Source: Octopus sinensis (Eukaryota). Taken from it: DNA of 64,000 nt. Within the stretch, counting starts at the first letter, position 1; the number at the start of each line of letters is the position of its first letter. The stretch covers positions 40,610,001 through 40,674,000 of the forward strand of contig NC_043001.1 of the NCBI RefSeq assembly GCF_006345805.1. Direction: 5' to 3'. A model generated the notes under the pieces. That model saw only the letters and a program-made list of their open reading frames with translations. It was not told the origin of the DNA and ran no database searches. Made by a program: the position numbers and the translations under genes. Below are positions 55,191-64,000 of the stretch, in pieces.

Positions 55191-55474
55191 AACAACAAAG
55201 ATGAGGACAAATATCCGTCAAAAGTAAATAATGTACATAATTTCTCATCTTTTAAATATAGAACTGTATTAGGGTTCCCTTATTTCATATGTCTTTGAAG
55301 GCATGAACCGAGTGTATAATTTGTTTTTAAAAGATATGACAACATGACCCATAGCTTGCAACTTTCATTAAGTGCAAATGTAAATAGACACATATGTACA
55401 CATATACACATGCTCATACATGATTTTATATATATATAAGAAGGTTTGGAGATGATGTACAGGTATTTTATATT

Positions 55475-55792
55475 AGAAGAAATGAGGTACTCAGAAATTC
55501 GGATGGTTTTATATTTACAGATATTTATTTGTATGTTACATGTTTTTATACATCATATATCATATATTAGCGCTTTCATCCATTCTAGTGGAGTCTTCAA
55601 ATTGAACTGTATGCAATATATATACACATACGCATGTGTATGTGTGAACATATATAGACATACAATTTGAAGACTCCACTAGAATGGACGAAAGTGCTAA
55701 TATATGATATATGATGTATAAAAACATGTAACATACAAATAAATATATGTAAATATAAAACTATCCGAATTTCTGAGTACCTCATTTCTTCT
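55475..55792. repeat. 130-bp inverted arms around a 58-bp spacer, each arm with a hammerhead-like relic
   Basis: Arms are 55475-55604 and 55663-55792. Motif tTGAAGA-c-TCCA-ctagaa-TGGA-y-GAAA-G(C/T)GC-T-A. Confidence 0.8.
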
Positions 55793-56049
55793 CATATCTA
55801 TATATCTATATATATATATATATTATATATATATTATATATATATGCTGAGCTTATTTTAGTTTCCATCTAACAAATTCATAAGCAAGGCTTTGATAAGC
55901 TTGATGCTATAGAAGATTCTCTCCTAAGATGTTGTGCATTGGGACTGAACCAGAAACCATCCATCACTTAAGGTAACAAAACTGAAATATATTATATATA
56001 TATATATATATGTATGTATATATATTCATATATTATCACTGAAGGCCAT

Positions 56050-56830
56050 GCTTTGTTTGCAGAAAAGGAGTCAATAAAAATTCTGTAACATGTGCCCAGT
56101 GTAAACAATAGACAAGTAAGAGGAGAACTGGGACCACAGGAAGGCTATCAGGTAAGTTAGATTTCGTATGCAACAGGTGCACAACTGTAATAAGCACCTG
56201 TTTAATGGTTTCCCTCAAGTATCAAGGTGGTTCAAAACGGAATTAGTTGATAACTTTTGTTACTTAGGTGACCAGATTAGCAGTAGAGGCAGTTCTCCAA
56301 AAGTGTGGAAGTCAGAATAAGAATGAGTTGGATAAAGTTCAAGGAGCTATTACCTCTATAGGCAGTAAAGAATTTTCTCCTCGAAGTCAAAAGTAGAGTG
56401 TATGATGCTTGTTTGATAAGTGCACTGCTGCGTGGTGATGAGACACGGACTTCGAATGTGGAAGATGCATGAAGTCAAGAAAGAAATGAGGAGAGTATGC
56501 TCCACAGGGTATAAAAGGAATCGAATGTAGTGTGCAAGAGAGGAGACTGTACTGGTATGAGCATGTGATGTGAGTAGAGTATGACAGAGGCACAAGCAAA
56601 TGCTGAATGCTCAAAGTGGAAGAGAGAAACCAAGAACTTGAGATGAAGTGGTGAAAAATGAACTTAAGATACTTCATTTCATGAAGGAGTATGACAAAGG
56701 ACCATGGTGACTGGTGATATGTGGTGGTGCAGATGATCTCCAGCACTAGTTGGTGACAAAGCCTGCTAAATAGTAGTGCAATGTGCACCTTTTCCTAATG
56801 GCGGTGCCCCAGCATGGCCACAGCTCATTA
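56050..56830 (+). mobile_element. Decayed RTE LINE RT C-terminal fragment
   Basis: Reads NSVTCAQCK..DFVCNRC (Cys-rich insert), then sequence similar to 11746-12079 (aaaagtagagtgtatgatgcttgt..ggtgatgagacacgg). Confidence 0.65.
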
Positions 56831-59344
56831 GCTGAAACTGGAAAAATCAAAATCAAAATCATATGACCTATTCTATACCTTCAAACCTCCTCACCATTTC
56901 TTCCACTTTCCATTGTACATATTCTATACTCTCTCATTTCTCCATTATCTCTTCTATTCACCATATCAAGCCAACTGTAATTGAAATGAAAGAATTCAAT
57001 CTGTGCATACAGAATTTTTCACTCCTTCTGTACCTATCTTATGCCCATAACTTCTCATCTCCCCTTCATCACTTTTGCACATTGCACTTTGTCACCCAAC
57101 CTATGCATTCTAAATTCTTTCTCCTCCCATCACCCATATCCTGCTACCTCTTCATGTTCTATCTTTCTAAGTTATGATGCTTGACTAGGGAGGGGGTAGA
57201 CCTGCACTCTTGCAACCTTCATTCACTTTCTTTAAGTCTTCTGTCATCATGCTCTCTTCTATTCACCTTCTTAGTCATGTTGTTTTGAGAATGTACCATG
57301 ACACATCCTCCTCTTAAATACCTTCCTCCCCACAACTCATATTTGCCTCCAATCACATTTCCATCCTTGTTTACCATTCACTACATTCACCCTTACACCC
57401 ATCTTTAACTCCCTCTCATGCTCTTGCAAACTTCACCTACCCCATCCTGATCTTCTGTTCCCACATTCTCTTCTATTCACCTCGAGGGTACACTCTGACA
57501 CCTTACCACCACCCATCTTTCTCCCTCTCTTTTCAGCTCCATTCCTATTATGTCTACTCACCCTTATATGATGCAGGGTAGCCTTATATTGCATCTACAA
57601 CCACAAACTCATTCATGTATCTTCTAAAAGCCACCTTCCTCTCTACTATAGTCCCACCCAGTCAAGGGACTTTTAAGTCTTGTAAGTTGCATGGTGACCT
57701 CACTAATGTCACAAAAAGGCACCAGTACACTCTTGCAAAGTGGTTGGTATTAGGAACAGCATCCACATGTAGATATTGGAGCATGGAGCAGTCTTCCAAC
57801 TCATCTAATCCTCTCAAACCATTGAAATCAGAAGACAGATGCCAAATGAAGATGATGCTTTTATCATTCATCTTTTACTTGTTTTAGTAACTAGACTGTA
57901 ACCATGTTGGAGGACTACCATGGAGAATTTTAGACAAATAAATTGACCCCGTTTCTTTTCCATTTTTTTCTTTAAAGCCTGGTACTTATTCTATCAGTTT
58001 CTTTTGCCAAAATGCTAAGTTAGAGGGACTTAAACATACCAATGCCAGTTGTCAAGTGGTAGTGGGGGACAAACATAGATACAAAGACACACACATGAAG
58101 ATCCACACATAGGGCTTGGATTGGCTCAAGGCTATAGTAGAAGAGCCTTGCTCAAGGTCTCATGTAGCAAGACTGAACCTGGTTGGGAAAAGTGCACACA
58201 CCCACATGTATATATACATATACATATCTATACTCACACACTCACAGGGTATATATATGTGTGTGTGTATGTGCATGGTTGTATGGAAATGTGTAAACAT
58301 AATTGCATGAGAAAGAAAGAAAGAGAGGGAGACAGACAGACAGATTGAAATAGTTCAAGTAAAAGAAGTAGGTGAAACAAAAGTATTATGACAGAAAATC
58401 AGTTGAGAATCACTATTTACAATGTTAGTTGACAACAAATTTCATGTTTTTTTTCTTTTGCTTCAAACAGATGAGCAATTTCACATCTCTATTAATACTT
58501 CTATCCAAAGTTAAATTCAAGTATAAACAAGATGTTTGTTAGTCATTCATATTATTTTGCAATTCAATGTTACTGATGTACAGAAATAATGTGAAAGAAG
58601 AGAGATATATATATAGATTAATCTATTCCTTGTTTATTTTGAATTTTTCCTCTAAATATGACAAACTTACTGCTTTTACACTTATAAGATTTTATTTTTT
58701 TTTATATTTTGAAATTAGTTTAGTCAAAAAACCAAAAATATATATAAATACTAAGAGAGCCCAGCTCTCTAGCAGCACTGTACCATTTATTATGATTGTT
58801 TTTTTTCTTGCATTAAAAAGCATGTAAAGAAAATATATAAAGACAACAAAATTTTTAACTCATACACATTTGCATTTATACTTTTATACACAGCAAAATA
58901 ATATATGCTTGTTGAAACCATCATTATAATTATTGATATTAATATTTTCTTTCTTGATATATATATATATGTATATATGTGGTTTACCAGACAAATATAT
59001 GAAATATATACATATGCGTATATACACACAGTGGCCTGTATGAAGACAGTATTTTCATCTGTGAGCCAAAAACAAATGAAAATTTTTGTGACACAAAAAC
59101 AAATGAAAATTTTAATGCATTGTCAGTTCTTGTATCATATGTCAAAGTGTAGTACACAATATGGTGTAGATAGAATGACCATATTTTCACAGAGGACTTC
59201 ACTGAATAGTTAACCGAGCACAAAATTAAAAAAACCTTATTACTACTAGGGCAAAATACATATGATTGTTAAAGATAAATGGCACAAAAAAGCAAAAATA
59301 TGAATAAGTTTGTCTGGCAAATATATACATATAGTTTTTCAGTG

Positions 59345-59405
<61 letters not shown>

Positions 59406-59758
59406 TATACAAATACACACACATATATGAACATATGTGTATATTAATGCATGTGTGTGTCTATGTATATGTGTGTGTGAACGTATATATATATATTTTC
59501 ACATAAATTACTAAATTTATACACAAACACTTATATCTTGTAATGTTAAAACACTTTTGCATCTTTATATTCTATATACATATATGAATATCTATTGTGA
59601 TGTTGCCATATTTTTCAATTTGCTTATATATGTATATGTGTGTGAATGTGCATGTGTGTGTATATGTATGTATGTATATTTATGCACACGCGCACGCACA
59701 CACGTGTCAATTTGTGTATTTGCTTATATAATATATATACATATGTATATATATCTAT

Positions 59759-59803
<45 letters not shown>

Positions 59804-60195
59804 ATATACACACACACACATATGTATGTATATTTATGCATATGTATAAGCATCTGCTTATGTATGTGATATATGTGGGTATATGTGAGTGTGTGTGTGT
59901 GACTGCAAATATCCATATTTGCGCGTTGCATGAATGCTTTGAGCAAAAATCTGTGATGTTTGTTGACGTTCTCAGTCAAAACAATCATTCTCTAGCTCCG
60001 TGCTTCAAATGTACAGAACTAGAGAATGATGAAAATGTAAGGATGTGGTATAAAGGTTATCTTGTTGTACAAATAACAATGCCCCCAAAGTATGTAACCA
60101 CCTAACTCATGTTAGCATGGAAAATTTGATGTTAAAGTGAATGACACATACAAATACATATGCACATGCACATATATACATACACACTCACACAG

Positions 60196-60238
<43 letters not shown>

Positions 60239-60241
60239 TAT

Positions 60242-60315
<74 letters not shown>

Positions 60316-60371
60316 CATACATACATATATATATACATACATATATATAAATATATATACATACATATACA

Positions 60372-60426
<55 letters not shown>

Positions 60427-60869
60427 ATGTATATACATACATACAAATGTGGTGGGGGTGTATATGTACATATAAATACACCAACATGTATGTATATATA
60501 CACACCCTAGAAAATGAACTCCTTTACTAGCAGCATATAATAATAAAAAAAAATCTCAAATGATGCTGTTCCATTCAATCATTTCTCTGTTGTCATGTAT
60601 CATCTTGTAGCTTTGAAATTCCAAATGATGTAATTGTTTATTTTTAGAATAATACTGTAGGGGGAGTGCAAAAGGCCTGATCTGGCTGTTTGAAGATAAA
60701 ACAGGTAAATTATTTTGGCCAGATATGGCTGGTTTTTAAATGCTAAAAGGTTAAAGCAGGCTGTGGTGGCAATAAATCTATTATCCTTCTTTTATTTCTA
60801 AATTCACTTCACTAGTTTCATCTATGTACTAGCACTTTCTAATAATGCAGAGATATGGTAAAAAAGTTT

Positions 60870-60980
60870 ACTCATGGTAACTGTCCCACAGGGTGAATAA
60901 CAGAACATTAGACAAGCACACAGACATAAGCACAGTGCTAATGCACTATAAACCTGCCCCCGCTCAACCAATCAGCTGCT
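60870..60980 (-). promoter_or_regulatory. Candidate core promoter / first exon
   Basis: AACCAATCAG (60966-75), GCCCCCGC (60956-63) and CAGCTG are clustered. Minus strand accATGA|GTAAAC (ATG 60875-60873). No expression data. Confidence 0.25.
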
Positions 60981-61323
60981 GTTATGTTGCATGATTTTTA
61001 AGTATATATGCAACTTATATCGTCATACATGTCAAGTTTACAACAAATCTGTACAACCAACAACAACTCTAAGCTACATAAGCATTTTCTTCATGCTAAA
61101 CCAACCCCATCATGTGTGCTTAACGTCTGTCAGTCATGTTATAGAGTATATCATATTTTTATGAAGTATTACTTTTGAACACTACATGCAAAGTTCATTT
61201 GTCCACAGAGAAAGTATCGATACGGATATTCCAACATAATATTTTACAACAGCAAACTGATTGTATAGTAGTGCAGTGATAAGGATTCCTGAAAATGTTT
61301 GTGTGTGTGTGAGTATGTATGTA

Positions 61324-61365
<42 letters not shown>

Positions 61366-61464
61366 TACATATATATATATACATACACACATATATTTAC
61401 ATATATATATATATACATACATATATACACACACACACGTGTATCTATCTATCTACCTACCTAT

Positions 61465-61521
<57 letters not shown>

Positions 61522-61687
61522 TATATATATATACATACACATATATATATATACATATATATATACATACAGATATATACATACATATATATATATACAT
61601 ACACACATATATATACATACAGATATATATATACATATATATATATACATACAGATATATATATACATACACATATATATACATATA

Positions 61688-61728
<41 letters not shown>

Positions 61729-61920
61729 ACATACATATATATATGCGTTAGGAAGGGCATCCAGCTGTAGAAACACTGCCAGATCTGACTGGCCTGGTGC
61801 AGCCTTCGAGCTTGCCAGACCCCAGTTGAACCGTCCAACCCATGCTAGCATGGAAAGCGGACGTTAAACGATGATGATGATGATATATATACATACATAT
61901 ATAATATATATACATACATA

Positions 61921-62105
61921 TATAATATATATACATACATATACATACATACATAATATATATACATACATATACATACATACATAATATATATACATAC
62001 ATATACATACATACATAATATATATACATACATATACATACATACATAATATATATACATACATATACATACATACATAATATATATACATACATATACA
62101 TACAT
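61921..62105. repeat. 31-bp tandem minisatellite (~6 units) derived from AT/ATAC
   Basis: CATAAT recurs at 61952, 61983, 62014, 62045 and 62076. Confidence 0.9.
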
Positions 62106-62131
62106 ATATATATATATATATATACATATAT

Positions 62132-62592
62132 ATTATATAAAAGGGCTTAGTAAAATAATTACTTGCCCATATACTGAACTCATTAAATAGCAGCTAAAAA
62201 ACTTTTTTAAAGCTATTTCTAATACTTAAAGAAAATCTCTCTCATATATAGTGTTTGCTTAATTCAACTCACAAAAGTTTGGGGTAGGACATCGAAATCA
62301 AATGCTAAGGTTATTCGAGAACGACGTTTCAAGATTAGTCAAAACAACATTTCTATCATTCTGATAGAAATGTTGTTTTGACTAATCTTGAAACGTACGT
62401 TCTCGAATAACCTTAGCATTTGATTTTTCGATGTCCTTACCCCAAACTTTGTGAGTTGAATTAAGCAAACACTATATATGAGAGAGATTTTCTTTAAGTA
62501 TTAGAAATAGCTTAAAAAGTTTTTTAGCTGCTATTTCTAATGAGTTCAGTATGCGGCAAAGTAATTTATTTTACTAAGCCCTTTTATATAAT
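62132..62592. repeat. 461-bp near-perfect palindrome (about 227-bp arms, 3-nt loop at 62359-62361)
   Basis: tataaaagggcttagtaaaat...catttctatca-TTC-tgatagaaatg...attttactaagcccttttata. The arms differ mainly by small indels. Confidence 0.95.
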
Positions 62593-62954
62593 GTAATAAT
62601 TTGAATTCGCCTTGAATGGTCCCTTGCATACTGAACACTTGGTGAAATTGATTAATAATTAATTAATTTTGCCTCAATTGTTGAAATTATACATATATAT
62701 ATTATATTAATTAGAGATAAAACCACTATTAGGCAATCATACAATGAAAAACTTAAATATATATATATATATATATATAATATATATATATACACATACA
62801 CACACATGTGTATCTATCTATCTACTTACCTATCAATATATATATATATTCACTTAGTCATTGTGAGCCCAATAACCTGGTGTAGAGCTAAATATACATA
62901 TATATCAGAGCAAAGTATTAGTTGAGTACAGAGCAGTGATATGAAAATGAGACA

Positions 62955-63106
62955 ACAAAGGAATAAATGATTATGTTATGAACTTCATTAGTTTACAACA
63001 GTTTCTGCTATAAGATGCAGTGGACTCATAGTTGATTCCACTGCATCTTATAGGAGAAACAGCTGTAAGCTAATGATATTCATAACATAACCATTTATTC
63101 CTTTGT
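62955..63106. repeat. Imperfect palindrome (70-bp arms, 12-nt loop)
   Basis: acaaaggaataaatg..tataagatgcagtgga-ctcatagttgat-tccactgcatcttata..catttattcctttgt. Confidence 0.85.
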
Positions 63107-63421
63107 CATTTCATTTTATATATATATATATTTATATACCCATTTACTAGTTTTAGCTTGAGAGCCAGAGCAATGCTGGGGCACTGCCATTTATATATAT
63201 ACTTTGGAGATGCCTGAGAATATGGTTTGATCTGAAACTGGGTGTTGAAACTAAAACAATTAGATCTTGGAAGACATATATTAACCATTCAAAAACTGAA
63301 TTGCTAATAGTGTCTTCCATACAGTAATTGTCATATCTATCTATCTACACACACACACATCCATATATATATATATATTGCATGTACACAGACGTGTTTA
63401 TTATGTTTAAGTGTGCACGTA

Positions 63422-63512
<91 letters not shown>

Positions 63513-63797
63513 GGAAATATGCATATACAGGCAATATATATATATATAGGAAATATATGCATATACAGGCATTATATATTATATATTGTCATACACACAT
63601 ACATGCAGATATAGATGCATATGCATTTTTTGTACATAAATTTATGTATATACACATATATGTAAACATATAAATATACATATACTCACACAGTAATGTA
63701 GGTATGTCATTCTTTATTCTATACAACATTTTAGACCTAAATCTACCAAGTGGTAAATTTGGCTGAAATGGAGCTACAACACTATACAATAAGGATT

Positions 63798-63835
<38 letters not shown>

Positions 63836-64000
63836 CAAGCAGACATATGTAAATATACATGTGTGTCTGTGTGTGCATGTGGAATATTTGTATGTTGTAT
63901 TAGCTTTCTTTTATACATACTGAAGCCACCAGTTTTAATATTGTGTAATGTATTTTATTTAATATTCTTCCGATTTCAATACGAATTTCATATAATTGCT

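Larger units (their letters stand above)
54811..55270. mobile_element. TSD-flanked element: inverted pLTR-like arms, each with a hammerhead motif, around a tRNA-like Pol III head
   Basis: 12-bp direct repeat AGGGTTCCCTTA at 54799-54810 and 55271-55282. Arms are about 145 bp. Minus-strand A box TGGCGTAGTGG (55055-55045) and B box GAGTTTGATTCC (55012-55001). Confidence 0.85.

Noticed and set aside
59979-60030. Short hairpin tcattctctag..ctagagaatga as a pre-miRNA
   Set aside because: About 45 nt is too short for a canonical precursor.

Overview
AT-rich, repeat-saturated eukaryotic DNA with long (AT)n/(CA)n/(TAA)n tracts, many tRNA-derived SINEs and one 100-N assembly gap. The composition and repeat families suggest an octopod cephalopod (inference, not verified). 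The only host coding sequence I recognise is one minus-strand exon (339-451) of a medium-chain acyl-CoA synthetase (ACSM family), so most of the window is probably intronic or upstream of that gene. Almost all ORFs in the supplied track are microsatellite or decayed-TE artefacts. Recognisable TEs are Penelope-like (PLE) remnants, RTE, CR1/L2-group and R4/Dong-type LINE pieces, Helitrons, MITEs and several SINE families. The most interesting signal is a set of small non-autonomous elements carrying PLE-type type-I hammerhead ribozyme (HHR) motifs. These include a near-intact HHR (42026-42108), a TSD-flanked element with a tRNA/Pol III head between two outward-facing HHR arms (54811-55270), and long palindromes whose axis falls where HHR helix II would lie (62132-62592, 62955-63106). 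Decayed PLE RT/GIY-YIG sequences lie in the same window. Coordinates of decayed repeats are approximate and were read by eye.
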